From: an uncultured Chloroflexia bacterium
Lineage (GTDB): Bacteria; Chloroflexota; Anaerolineae; CG2-30-64-16
Reading direction: 5' to 3'
DNA length: 64,000 nt
Assembly (NCBI GenBank): GCA_963810095.1
Contig: CAWEMM010000008.1
Coordinates: forward strand, 96,001 to 160,000
In this document: positions 19,184-30,735 of the stretch, piece after piece
How positions within the stretch are numbered: the first letter of the stretch is position 1
How the letters are laid out: every line of letters starts with the position of its first letter
Position numbers and translations under genes: made by a program
The notes under the pieces: model-generated
What the model was told of the DNA's origin: nothing
The model's input: the letters and a program-made list of their open reading frames with translations, nothing else
Database searches by the model: none

Positions 19184-19570
19184 ATGGACACGATCACATT
19201 GCAGGAACGACGTAACACCCAGGACGAAGAGCGGCTGGTGCAGATGTTGAAAGCGCTGGGCAATCCCATCCGCTTTCGGATCATGCAGACGCTGGCCGAG
19301 CGCAAGACGTGCATTACGCAGGAGATCGTCGACACCACGCCGCTCGCCCAGTCCACTGTCAGCCAGCATCTGAAAGTGCTACGCGAGGCTGGGCTGATCG
19401 ACGGCGAGACCGAGGGGCCGGCGACCTGCTACTGCCTCAGCGAGTCGGGCATCCGGTGGCTTAAGGAACAGATCGAAGGCTGGTTGCCAGGCTGCTGCAC
19501 CCCGAGCACTGGCAGGGTGCGCGACTTCGCGCCGGTGGACATCAAGGCGGCGAGCGGCTGCTGCAGCTGA
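19184..19570 (+). CDS. arsR: ArsR-family regulator
   Basis: KALGNPIRFRI, QSTVSQHLKVLREAG, GPATCYC, C-terminal CC..CC. Confidence 0.9.
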   Translation: MDTITLQERRNTQDEERLVQMLKALGNPIRFRIMQTLAERKTCITQEIVDTTPLAQSTVSQHLKVLREAGLIDGETEGPATCYCLSESGIRWLKEQIEGWLPGCCTPSTGRVRDFAPVDIKAASGCCS

Positions 19571-19656
19571 GCTACTCCGGCTTGACGGTGCTATTTTTTT
19601 GAGGTCAATCATCGTAATTAGCCGATGAAATCCAACCAAGATAGGGAGATCGCATC

Positions 19657-21165
19657 ATGACGACCATGAGCGTAACGGGCAAGGCCACTATGCCTCGGGC
19701 TTCAGCCGAGTACTTCGAACGGGTGGCGGGCGAGTGGGACAGCCTGCGCAGTGGCTACTTCGGGGAGGCCGTGCGAGACGCGGCGATTGCGCGGTCATAC
19801 CTGCGGCCAGAGATGGTCGTGGCCGACATCGGCTCGGGCACCGGGTTCATGGCAGCAGGGCTCGCGCCACTGGTCGCCAAGGTCTACGCGGTCGATGGCT
19901 CGGAGGCGATGCTCGAGGTGGCGCGCGAGAAGCTGGCGAGCTTCGGTAATGTAGAGCTGCAACTGGCCGATGGCGCGACGCTGCCGTTTGACGACGCGGC
20001 GCTGGATGCGGTCTTCGCGAACATGTACCTGCACCACTGCCCCGATCCACAAGCAGCTATCACCGAGATGGTGCGGGTGCTCAAGCCCGGCGGCCGCCTG
20101 GTGATCACGGACATGGACCAGCATGAGCACACCTGGCTGCGCGACGAAATGGCGGACGTCTGGCTGGGCTTCGCGCGGCAGGACCTGCGAGCGTGGTTCC
20201 GGACGGCGGGATTAGTGAACATCATCGTCGACCGCACCGGCGAGACCTGCAGTTCAAAGTCGACGAGCTGTGCAGGGGAAGGCATGGCGGATATCAGCAT
20301 CTTCGTTGCTACCGGCAGCCGGCGGGTGAGCGGTGCAAAGGACGCGGTGCAGGAGAATTACGGCGCGCTGGCGGTCAACGGGGGGTGCTGTGGCTCGACC
20401 TCATCGCAGAGCAGCTGCTGCTCGACGTCGGACAGCGGCTCGCCAGCGAGCGGCTCGCCAGCGAGCAATTGCTGTTCTCCCGCTTCGAACGCTATGGAAC
20501 TGGTCGAAGCCGGAGACCCGGACCTGGTCCTGTGGGAGACGGGGTACACCGCCGAGCAGATCAGCCTGGTGCCCGCCGAGGCGGTGAATCTCTCGCTAGG
20601 GTGCGGCAATCCGACGGCGATGGCATCGTTGAAGCCGGGCGAGACGGTACTGGATATCGGGAGTGGCGCGGGGATCGACGCCTTCTATGCAGCCAAGCGT
20701 GTTGGACCTGAAGGGCATGTGATTGGACTGGACATGACGCCGGCCATGATCGAGCGGGCGGAGCGATCCGCAGAGGAAGCGGGGCTGACGCAGGTCGAGT
20801 TTCGGCTCGGCCAGGCGGAAGAGATGCCGGTCGAGGATGGAACGGTTGACGTGATCCTGTCCAACTGCGTCATCAACCTCGCTGAGGACAAAGGCCGGGT
20901 CTTTGAAGAGGCGCACCGGGTACTAAAGTCGGGCGGGCGGTTGAGCATCAGCGACATGGTCACCGCCGGGCCGCTGCCGATGAGCCTTCGGAGCGATCCT
21001 GAGATGTGGGCGGGGTGTATCAATGGCGCCCTGCCCGAACGGGAGTATCTGGACCTGGTGCGGCAGGCCGGGTTTGTCGATGTGGTTGGGACGCGGAGCT
21101 TGAGCGGGGGCGAGTTGGAGGGTATCGAGGTGTACAGCCTGGGGGTCTCGGGGAGGAAGGGATAA
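19657..21165 (+). CDS. arsM: Arsenite S-adenosylmethionine methyltransferase fused to an N-terminal second class I methyltransferase
   Basis: Two SAM motifs (DIGSGTG; DIGSGAG); ArsM cysteines SLGCGNP, SNCVINL, WAGCING; CC-rich linker. Confidence 0.9.
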   Translation: MTTMSVTGKATMPRASAEYFERVAGEWDSLRSGYFGEAVRDAAIARSYLRPEMVVADIGSGTGFMAAGLAPLVAKVYAVDGSEAMLEVAREKLASFGNVELQLADGATLPFDDAALDAVFANMYLHHCPDPQAAITEMVRVLKPGGRLVITDMDQHEHTWLRDEMADVWLGFARQDLRAWFRTAGLVNIIVDRTGETCSSKSTSCAGEGMADISIFVATGSRRVSGAKDAVQENYGALAVNGGCCGSTSSQSSCCSTSDSGSPASGSPASNCCSPASNAMELVEAGDPDLVLWETGYTAEQISLVPAEAVNLSLGCGNPTAMASLKPGETVLDIGSGAGIDAFYAAKRVGPEGHVIGLDMTPAMIERAERSAEEAGLTQVEFRLGQAEEMPVEDGTVDVILSNCVINLAEDKGRVFEEAHRVLKSGGRLSISDMVTAGPLPMSLRSDPEMWAGCINGALPEREYLDLVRQAGFVDVVGTRSLSGGELEGIEVYSLGVSGRKG

Positions 21166-21287
21166 AGCGAGCGTTTCCCCGAGCGGCCGATCCTGCTCGT
21201 AACGACAAAGCGGGCGCCCGTCCTGATGACTGACTGCCCGTTGTTGCCCAAACTCATTGTCAGCACACAACTGGCGCGGCAGAGGGA

Positions 21288-21316
21288 TTGACCCGCGCTA
21301 GTCGTAGTGCTATGAT
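21288..21316 (+). promoter_or_regulatory. Sigma70 promoter
   Basis: TTGACC-N17-TATGAT with TG extended -10. Confidence 0.6.
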
Positions 21317-21352
21317 TTGCACAGGCGTAGGCTAACGCTGAAAGGAGATGGC

Positions 21353-21571
21353 ATGATGAAACGTCTTCAGAAAGCGATGCGGCCGGGCTACATTGAGGAC
21401 ACGCTGCAGGCGTGGGAGGACATGCGGGCCGAGGTCCTGCATGAGATCCAGGATGGCGGGCCGGTGCGGGAAGAACGGGTCGAGGCGGCCAGCGATATCG
21501 CGGCACATGTATTCCCGTGGGTGCTCGCCGAGCCGCAATCCGCTCGTCCAAGTCATGCTCACCGAAGGTAG
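21353..21571 (+). CDS. Small hypothetical protein (72 aa)
   Basis: AAGGAG RBS, downstream of the promoter; no recognisable motif. Confidence 0.55.
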   Translation: MMKRLQKAMRPGYIEDTLQAWEDMRAEVLHEIQDGGPVREERVEAASDIAAHVFPWVLAEPQSARPSHAHRR

Positions 21572-21622
21572 CTAGATCAAGCACGGGGGCCAGTGCAGGT
21601 CTGACCAGGCGCACAACCGTAT

Positions 21623-23033
<1,411 letters not shown>

Positions 23034-23039
23034 GTGCCC

Positions 23040-23660
23040 ATGACGCGCTTCGTCCTGGTTCGGCACGGTCAGACGGAGTGGAACCGGGTCGAACGGTTCC
23101 GCGGACGGGCCGATGTGCCGTTGAACGACGCCGGGCTGGCGCAGGCGGAGGCGACCGGGCGGCGGGTGGCCGAGGAATGGCAGCCCGCCGCCGTGTACGC
23201 CAGTCCGCTTAGCCGGGCATACGTGACGGCGGAAGCGATTAGCGTACGCTGCGGCCTGCCGGTGGCGCCGTTGGCCGGCGTGATCGATATCGATTACGGG
23301 GAGTGGCAGGGACTGACGCCCGAGGAGGTCGCCGCCCGCTGGCCAGACCTGCTGCACGCCTGGTATACCGCGCCGCAGACGGTGCAGGTCCCCGGCGGTG
23401 AGTCGCTGGCGGGACTGCGCGAGCGGGCCATGCGGTCTCTTTGTGAGCTGGTGGACCGGCACCGTGACGAGACAGTCGCGGTCGTGAGCCACACGGTGGT
23501 CAACCGGGTGATCCTGTTGGGCATCCTCGGGCTGGGCAATGAACGGTTTTGGCGGCTGCGGCAGGACAACTGCGCAATCAATGTGTTCGACGCGGACGCC
23601 AGCGATTTCACGCTGGTGACACTAAACGATACCAGCCATCTGCGCTGCGCTGAGAAATGA
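23040..23660 (+). CDS. Histidine phosphatase / phosphoglycerate-mutase family
   Basis: LVRHGQTEWN, SPLSRA, GGES, VVSH. Confidence 0.9.
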   Translation: MTRFVLVRHGQTEWNRVERFRGRADVPLNDAGLAQAEATGRRVAEEWQPAAVYASPLSRAYVTAEAISVRCGLPVAPLAGVIDIDYGEWQGLTPEEVAARWPDLLHAWYTAPQTVQVPGGESLAGLRERAMRSLCELVDRHRDETVAVVSHTVVNRVILLGILGLGNERFWRLRQDNCAINVFDADASDFTLVTLNDTSHLRCAEK

Positions 23661-23682
23661 GCCGCCGCGCACCTGGAACGAG

Positions 23683-24234
23683 GTGACCGTGAATAACTTA
23701 TGGCTTGAGCTGCGCATGGGGCCGAAAGCGCCTGATATCGTATATGCCATCGTCGAGTCGCCCAAGGGCCAGCGGAACAAGACGGAGTATAACATCAACA
23801 GTGGTGCGCTCGTGTTGAGCCGCACGCTCGCCTCGTCGCTGCACTACCCGGGCGACTATGGGCTCATCCCGCAGACCTTCTTCGAAGATGGTGAGCCCAT
23901 GGACATCCTGACCATGACCGGCGAGCCGACTTTCCCCGGCTGCGTCATCCAGGCGCGCCCCGTGGGCATTCTGCGACTGATGGACGCCGGCCATCACGAC
24001 GACAAGGTGCTGGCGGTGGCTGCCACGGACCCACTCTTCGCCGAGTACCAGGCGCTGAAGGACATCCCCCCTCACTTCCTGCGCGAGGTGCAGCACTTCT
24101 TCGAGACGTACAAAGACCTGGAGGGCGGCAAGCGCGCGCAGGCGATGGGGTGGGAGGACGCGGCGGCGGCCAAGGAGGCCATCCTGCGCGCCCACCAGGT
24201 GTTCTTGGAGCGTTTCAGTCTGAAGGGCCTGTAG
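23683..24234 (+). CDS. ppa: Family I soluble inorganic pyrophosphatase (DGEPMD variant)
   Basis: VESPKG, K.E, YPGDYG, DGEPMD, DDK, FFETYK. Confidence 0.92.
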   Translation: MTVNNLWLELRMGPKAPDIVYAIVESPKGQRNKTEYNINSGALVLSRTLASSLHYPGDYGLIPQTFFEDGEPMDILTMTGEPTFPGCVIQARPVGILRLMDAGHHDDKVLAVAATDPLFAEYQALKDIPPHFLREVQHFFETYKDLEGGKRAQAMGWEDAAAAKEAILRAHQVFLERFSLKGL

Positions 24235-24322
24235 GACAGCGGCATCGTAGGGCGCCTGAGAGACGAGCCTATGAGCCGCGAGCGCCTGGTGTGGAGGCGT
24301 GCAGCAATGCAGAGGGGAGTGC

Positions 24323-24697
24323 ATGACGAGGTTCCTGTTGATTGGCCTGGGCGGCATGGTGGGCGCGAATGTGCGCTACTGGCTGCAGCAATGGGCTGCC
24401 AACCGCTGGGGTGCGGCGTTTCCCTATGGGACGTTGATCATCAATGTGAGCGGGAGTTTCATCCTCGGTTTCTTCATCGTATTGGTCACCGACCGGCTCG
24501 CGGTCTCGCCCAACTGGCGTTACCTGATTGCGGTCGGGCTGTTAGGCGGCTACACGACCTTTTCGTCGTTCACGGTCGAAACGCTTACGCTGGCCGGGAG
24601 CGGGCGCCTGCTGCCCGCGTTGTTGTATCTGGGCGGCAATGTGGGGCTTGGCCTCATCTTCGCCTATCTTGGCATGGCACTGGCACGGGCGCTTTAG
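24323..24697 (+). CDS. crcB: Fluoride channel Fluc/CrcB
   Basis: GANVRY, PYGTLIIN, GLLGGYTTFSSF. Confidence 0.95.
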   Translation: MTRFLLIGLGGMVGANVRYWLQQWAANRWGAAFPYGTLIINVSGSFILGFFIVLVTDRLAVSPNWRYLIAVGLLGGYTTFSSFTVETLTLAGSGRLLPALLYLGGNVGLGLIFAYLGMALARAL

Positions 24698-24749
24698 GAG
24701 CGCCTGCGAGCGGAGCACGCGCTCCTGGCAGAGCGTTCGGAGGTGCGAG

Positions 24750-26026
24750 ATGGAAATCGTCGGGACTGCCAAGAAAGTGACGGTATACATCGGCGAGAGC
24801 GACCGCTGGGCCGGTAAGCCGTTGTACATGGCGATCTTGGAGGTGCTCAAGGCGGCCGACTGCGCGGGGGCAACAGTAACGCGAGGCGTCGCAGGTTTCG
24901 GCGCGCACAGCCGCATCCGGACCGCAACCATCGTCGACCTGTCGCCCGACCTGCCCCTCATCGTGGAGTGGGTCGACGACCCGGGGCGGGTCGAGCGTGT
25001 CATGCCGAAGCTGATCGAGATGGTCGCCGAAGGCATGATCACCTGCTCGGAGGTCGAGGTGCATGACTTACGGGCATCGCGAGCTGCGCCGGCTGCGGGC
25101 CTCGGCGCCGGTGCATGACTTGATGAGTCGCGAGGTCCGTTCTGTGCGGCCAGACACGAGCGTGGCGGATGCCGTAGAGATGCTGATCGGCAAGGCCTAT
25201 AAGGCGCTCCCCGTCGTCGACGATGAGCGCCGCGTGGTCGGGATCCTCACGGACGGCGACGTGCTGCGGCGATTGGGACTCCCGGCTGCTGGCGTGCAGT
25301 CGGCACTGACGCGCGCGGAGCTCGGCCGGGAGCTCGAGGCGCTGCGCCACAGCGGGCAGACGGTCAAGGATATCATGGTGAGCCCGGTGGTAACGACCAC
25401 GGAGGATGCGCCAATCGCCCAGGCCGTCAAAGTGATGACACAGCGGGGCATCAAGCGGCTGCTGGTCGTGGATCGGGACGGCCGGCTCATCGGCGTGGTC
25501 AGCCGGGTCGACGTGCTCCGTGCGTTAGCTCAGCCGGCCGTGGCGGAGGCCCCCCAAGCCGAGGTGCGGCCGGGGCACCACGTCCAGGTACGCGACGTGA
25601 TGGTGACGGAAGTGCCAAAGGTGCACGTCGATGCTGGGCTCAACAAAGTCGTGGACCTGCTGGTCAGCTCGGCCGAGCGCCGCATCGTGGTGGTGGATAC
25701 GGATGAACGGGTACTGGGCATCATCACGGACGGCGATCTGATCAAGCGCGCCAGCGGGACCGAACGCAGCGGGTTGCTGGGCGCCCTGAGCCGCCGGCTT
25801 AGCAGTGCAGAGGGAGTCAACCTTGCCGCTCGGACCGCGGGCGAGGTGATGACGGCTAACCCCGTCACGGTGACACCCGAAACCCGCCTGTTGGATGCCC
25901 TGCAATTGCTCTTGCGCGCACAAGGTCAAGCGTTTGCCTGTCGTGGACGACACGGGGCGGCTCGTGGGTCTCGTCGGTCGGGGCGAGATACTGCAGGCGC
26001 TCGCTTCCGAGCTGCCTGAGGAGTGA
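24750..26026 (+). CDS. DUF190 (PII-like) domain fused to four CBS domains (frameshifts near 25060 and 25915)
   Basis: YIGESD...GATVTRGVAGFG...SPDLP, then CBS repeats LPVVD..VGILTDGD. Confidence 0.85.
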
Positions 26027-26027
26027 C

Positions 26028-26471
26028 GTGCTCAACACGGCGCAGCGCGCGGCGATCACGATCGGCCTGCGCGCCTTCGAGATGCACTTGCACGAGATCG
26101 CGCGCTGGCTGCGAGGCGCACCGGATGCCGGCGTTCTGTTTTGGGAGCACCTTGATTTCAGCGACGAGGTGCGCATACAGGCCGAGGAGCAAGTTGCGGC
26201 TGCGCTTGCCCTGGTCGCGGAGCTGGCCCAGCGTTTTGAACTGGAACGGACCCCAATCGACCTGGGGGCGAAGATCACGGGCATGATGAGCGTCGACTGG
26301 GCCGACCTGGTGGACCTGCAGGCGAGCAAACTGCGGCGCTACGGCGGGGTAGCGGCTGAATTGAGTGGTTTGCTGGACGCCGATGTCGAACGACTCGCGG
26401 ACACGGCGAAGGAGCTGGCAAAGCTCAGAGGGGCTCCGAGCGGACACGGGGCGGCAGAAGTAGATGGCTGA
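26028..26471 (+). CDS. Hypothetical helical protein
   Basis: Clean ORF closely coupled to its neighbours. Confidence 0.65.
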   Translation: MLNTAQRAAITIGLRAFEMHLHEIARWLRGAPDAGVLFWEHLDFSDEVRIQAEEQVAAALALVAELAQRFELERTPIDLGAKITGMMSVDWADLVDLQASKLRRYGGVAAELSGLLDADVERLADTAKELAKLRGAPSGHGAAEVDG

Positions 26472-27144
26472 GCAGGACACGCTATTCCACGAAATCTTGG
26501 ACGCGCTCAAGGCGGGTGGCTGCCCGATATGCCGGCTGGGACACCGTGCGCGCGACGCGCTACATCGACACGCTCAACTACGAGGGCGTCAACGATCCGG
26601 GCCTGCGCGAGAGCCTCCGCAAGTCGCGCGGGCTCTGCAACCGGCATGCGTGGGAATGGTCGCATGTGCGCGGCAGCCCGCTGGGTGTTGCCATCGTTTA
26701 CCAGAACCTGGTCCGGGACCTGGCCGAGGTGGTCGCGAACGGCAAGGCTCGCTACCAGAGCAAGGCCATGGCCGTCGAGGAGTCGGGGGGCCGCTGGCTC
26801 CTGCGGCACGCTGTCCAGCCTGCGTGGCCGAAGACGATGCAGGCGACCGTTATGCGACGACGCTGCTAGAAGTACCTCGAAGGCCGGAGATCGACGAGGT
26901 GTACGTCAGATCGGGCGGACTGTGTCTGCTACACTTACGGGTGGCCGTCAACTTAGCGGACGTCGGGCAGATCACGAAACTGGCGAACTGGCAGGCGGCC
27001 GTGTATCGCGGGCTGGACGAGCAGCTCGGCGAGTTCATCCGCAAGCACGACTACCGGTTCGCGGGCGAGCCGATGGAGGCAGAGAAAGACTCGTGGACGC
27101 GCGCCGTGGCGGCAATCGCGGGCCAGGAGGAAGACGTGCGTTAG
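26464..27144 (+). CDS. DUF6062-like Cys/His Zn-binding protein (frameshifted)
   Basis: CPIC...YEGVNDP..GLCNRHAW; CPAC...GLCLLH...FIRKHDYRF...SWTRA. Confidence 0.7.
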   Translation: MAEQDTLFHEILDALKAGGCPICRLGHRARDALHRHAQLRGRQRSGPAREPPQVARALQPACVGMVACARQPAGCCHRLPEPGPGPGRGGRERQGSLPEQGHGRRGVGGPLAPAARCPACVAEDDAGDRYATTLLEVPRRPEIDEVYVRSGGLCLLHLRVAVNLADVGQITKLANWQAAVYRGLDEQLGEFIRKHDYRFAGEPMEAEKDSWTRAVAAIAGQEEDVR

Positions 27145-27209
27145 CAGGGCGGCTGGCGGCATGCTCGCCTTGCTTACATCAATGAATACATTGTCTACAA
27201 GGAGCTTGC

Positions 27210-27644
27210 ATGACTTCCTTTCCAACCTGGTTCGTCTGGGCGCTTTTATCCGCCGTCTTCGCGGCGTTCACCGCCATCTTCGCAAAGATTGGCATTAAAG
27301 GCGTAGATTCAGACTTGGCTACGCTCGTGCGAACTGCAGTCATCATTGTCCTGTTGGCGGGCTTCGTTTGGGCAACTGGGAAGTGGAGTAACCCGCTTAC
27401 ACTCCCGCACAAGACCTTGCTATTTCTTGGACTGTCCGGCCTTGCCACTGGAGCTTCCTGGGTTTGCTATTTCCGCGCGCTCCAGATCGGAGATGCTTCG
27501 AAGGTCGCTCCCGTAGACAAGCTGAGCTTGGTGCTCGTCGCCATTTTTGCTTTCGCGTTGCTCGGCGAACGGCCAACACTCCGCGAATGGACGGGCATTG
27601 CGATGGTCGCGGGCGGCGTGCTTGTGCTCGCGCTTAAGAGATGA
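27210..27644 (+). CDS. Single-domain EamA/DMT transporter
   Basis: WALLSAVFAAFTAIFAKIG, SWVCYFRAL, VAPVDKLS. Confidence 0.88.
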   Translation: MTSFPTWFVWALLSAVFAAFTAIFAKIGIKGVDSDLATLVRTAVIIVLLAGFVWATGKWSNPLTLPHKTLLFLGLSGLATGASWVCYFRALQIGDASKVAPVDKLSLVLVAIFAFALLGERPTLREWTGIAMVAGGVLVLALKR

Positions 27645-27744
27645 GGCGAAGGGGACCTCCTGCGGTCATTGGGCAGACCGATCGTGAGCAGAACCCCAGC
27701 GTTTTGATGTTTGCGCCTTAGGTGCTAAGATGCGCCCAACTGAA

Positions 27745-27840
27745 TAGGGATGAGGCTCCCGGCCGGGGCGAACGCTCCGGTTGTCGCAAGACTGATAGCC
27801 TCTACCAGTGCGCTACGGCACTGGTAGAGGCTTTTTTGTT
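27745..27840 (+). ncRNA. Fluoride riboswitch 2 with terminator
   Basis: GGGATGAGGCTCCC, inserted hairpin, GTCGCAAGAC-TGATAGCCTCTAC; terminator ending GGTAGAGGCTTTTTTGTT. Confidence 0.9.
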
Positions 27841-27872
27841 GTTTAGGGTTGGATCGGATCGTGAGGCGAGGC

Positions 27873-29099
27873 ATGAGCGACGATGTCGACGGAATGGCGG
27901 AGAAGGTTCCGGCGGACGCGTGGCTGAACCGCAACGTGGTCGGCATGGCGCTGGCCAGCTTCTTCAGCGACGCGGGGCACGAGATGGCGACCGCGGTGCT
28001 GCCATTGTTCCTGGTAGCAATCGGCGCACCGGCCGCAGCGCTCGGTGCGATCGAAGGCGTGGCGGACGCCGTCTCCTCCTTCGTGAAGCTGGGCTCAGGC
28101 TGGCTTAGCGACCAACTCGGGCGCCGCAAGCCGATCGCCGTTACGGGGTACGTGCTAACCGGCGTGACGACAGGATTGTTCGCGCTGACAACTACATGGC
28201 CGCAGGTGTTGGTGGTGCGAGCCGCTGGCTGGTTCGGCCGCGGCATGCGCGGTCCAGTGCGCGATGCGATGCTGGCAGATTCGGTTCCTGATGCGGCGCG
28301 CGGTCGGGCCTTCGGCTTCCACCGAGCCGGCGATACACTGGGCGCTATCGTCGGACCGTTGCTCGCCCTGCTCATGCTGCGACTGTTGGGCGGGCGCGAG
28401 ACGCCGGAAACGACCTACCGCCAGATCTTCTGGCTGACTCTCATCCCTGGTCTGCTGGCTGCACTCGCATTCGCAACCTTAGTGAAGGAACAGCGGCGGA
28501 CGGGCAACGGCAAGTTCAACCTGTTCCATGCAATCGGACGGCTCCCGACGCCCTTTCGACGATTCCTCCTTGGGGTAGGGATATTCGGAGCAGGCGACTT
28601 CGCACACAGCTTGCTGACACTCCGCGCCGCGACCATGCTGGCGCCGTCGCTCGGCGTAAACCAAGCTGGCCAGGTCGCAATCGGCCTCTACGCAGTGCAC
28701 AACATCGTCTACGCTGCGCTGTCTTACCCAATAGGCTCGCTCGGAGACCGCATCGGCAAGCGAGGCCTCCTCGCCTTTGGCTACAGCCTCGCGGGCGTAA
28801 TGGCGCTCGGCTGGATCTTCGCCGTGCCCTCAGTCTGGTACCTCGGCGTGTTGTTTGCGCTCGGCGGGGCGTTCATCGCGGCCGAGGATACGCTCGAAGG
28901 CGCGCTGGCCGGAGATCTGCTGCCGGTTGACGTGCGCGGCACGGGCTACGGCGTTCTGGCCACCGTGAACGGCGCTGGGGACTTCCTGTCGAGCCTGCTC
29001 GTCGGCCTGTTGTGGTCGGCCGTGAGCCCTGCCGCCGGCTTTGCTTATGCAGGTGTGCTGGCTCTTATCGGGGCGACCATCGTGTTTCGAGTGCGATAG
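27873..29099 (+). CDS. MFS transporter
   Basis: About 12 TM helices; GWLSDQLGRRK motif A; RGRAFGFHRAGD. Confidence 0.9.
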   Translation: MSDDVDGMAEKVPADAWLNRNVVGMALASFFSDAGHEMATAVLPLFLVAIGAPAAALGAIEGVADAVSSFVKLGSGWLSDQLGRRKPIAVTGYVLTGVTTGLFALTTTWPQVLVVRAAGWFGRGMRGPVRDAMLADSVPDAARGRAFGFHRAGDTLGAIVGPLLALLMLRLLGGRETPETTYRQIFWLTLIPGLLAALAFATLVKEQRRTGNGKFNLFHAIGRLPTPFRRFLLGVGIFGAGDFAHSLLTLRAATMLAPSLGVNQAGQVAIGLYAVHNIVYAALSYPIGSLGDRIGKRGLLAFGYSLAGVMALGWIFAVPSVWYLGVLFALGGAFIAAEDTLEGALAGDLLPVDVRGTGYGVLATVNGAGDFLSSLLVGLLWSAVSPAAGFAYAGVLALIGATIVFRVR

Positions 29100-29152
29100 G
29101 CGAGGAGAAACCAGATGGACGCCAAAGGCGGAATGAATTCGGAGGTTGCTTG

Positions 29153-30735
29153 ATGGCCGTCAGCGTGCCAGAGACTCGGATCAGCACGTCCAAGACGGCG
29201 TTCTGTAGCGTCCTGTTTCTGCGACCCGAGGATAGGACCGAGAGCGAGACGCGCGAGGAGCCGGCCTGCTTCGGCGATCTGAACCTCGACCAGGTCGTCG
29301 ATGCCGTGACAATCGGCAAGCAGGGCTATGACCTCAAACGCTTCTACTATACGCCCTTGCACGACGTGGACGCGATCCAGTACCGCCACGAGGTCATGCA
29401 GGACCTCGAACGCCGGACGCTGTTCGAGAAGATCGAGGAGTTCGCGCGCCGGATGCGGACCATGCGCGAGCATCTCAAGCAGGCCGAGAAGCTGTATTAC
29501 AAGCTGCAGAAGCAGCGCTGGTTCCTGGATGCGGTGAATACGTCTATTGCAGCGCCGTCCAGCCGCCTGGCCGAGGACCTGGCCGCGGAGAATCCGCAGT
29601 CGCGCGGGTTTGGAGCCCTGCGCGCCCACCTCGACGCGTACGTAGCCGGCGAACCTTTCCAGGTGCTCGCGGGCGAACTGCACGAGCTGCTCTCAGGCCT
29701 GGCCGGCGTGCGCTATGCGTTCGTGCTCAAGGGCCAGACGGTGAGCGTGCGGAAGTACGAGGAGGAGACCGACTACAGCGCCGAAGTGCTGCGGACTTTC
29801 GAGCGGTTCAAGCAGGGCGCGGTCAAGGAGTACCTGGCCGAATTTCGCGAGCCAGTGGACATGAACCACGTCGAAGCACAGGTGCTCGAGTTGGTCGCCC
29901 GGCTCTACTCTGACCTCTTTGGTCGCATCGAGAGTTACTGCACCCGGCACGTCGATTTTATCGACGAGGTGCTTGGCGTCTTCGACCGCGAGGTGCAGTT
30001 CTATATCGGGTACATCGACTTCATGCGGTCGTTGCAGCGGCGGGGCTTGCGGTTCTGCTACCCGGTCGTGTCGGCTGACAGCAAGGCTGTATCCAGCCGT
30101 GAAGGGTTCGACGTGGCGCTTGCGCGCAAGCTGGCGGGCGAAGAAGCGAACGTGGTCTGCAACGACTTCAGCATGCAGGGGGTGGAGCGGGTATTCGTGG
30201 TATCGGGGCCGAACCAGGGTGGGAAGACCACGTTTGCCGCGGGCTTTCGGCCAGCTGCACTACCTCGCCAGCATCGGCTGTCCCGTGCCGGGCCGAGAAG
30301 CCCACCTCTACCTGTTCGATCAGCTCTTGACGCACTTCGAACAGGAGGAGAACCTCACTAACCTGCGCGGCAAACTGGAAGACGAACTGGTGCGCATCCA
30401 TGAAATCCTCCAAGCGGCGACGCCGCGCAGCATCGTGATCATGAACGAGATCTTCACGTCGACGACGCTGCAGGACGCGGTCTTCCTGGGCGAGCGGGTC
30501 ATGCAGCGCATCCTCGACCTGGATCTCCTGTGCGTCTGCGTGACCTTCATCGACGAGCTGGCTGCGCTGAGCGACAAGATCGTCAGCATGGTCAGCACCG
30601 TGACGCCGGAGAACCCGAGCATGCGGACCTACAAGATCGTGCGGCGGCGGGCCGACGGGCTCGCGTACGCGATTTCGATCGCCGAAAAGCATCGCTTGAC
30701 CTACGAAGCGTTGAAGGAGCGCCTCGCGACCGTGA
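29153..30735 (+). CDS. MutS-related ATPase A (domain V, no mismatch-binding domain; frameshift near 30240)
   Basis: DLNLDQ N-terminus; [10 protein letters not shown]; GCPVPG; MNEIFTST; YAISIAEK. Confidence 0.85.

Noticed and set aside
2827-21165. Selenocysteine (in-frame TGA) in Trx, FmdE, DGC, Grx or ArsM, families that often contain Sec
   Set aside because: The catalytic positions I checked are ordinary Cys codons; no TGA at a motif position was seen
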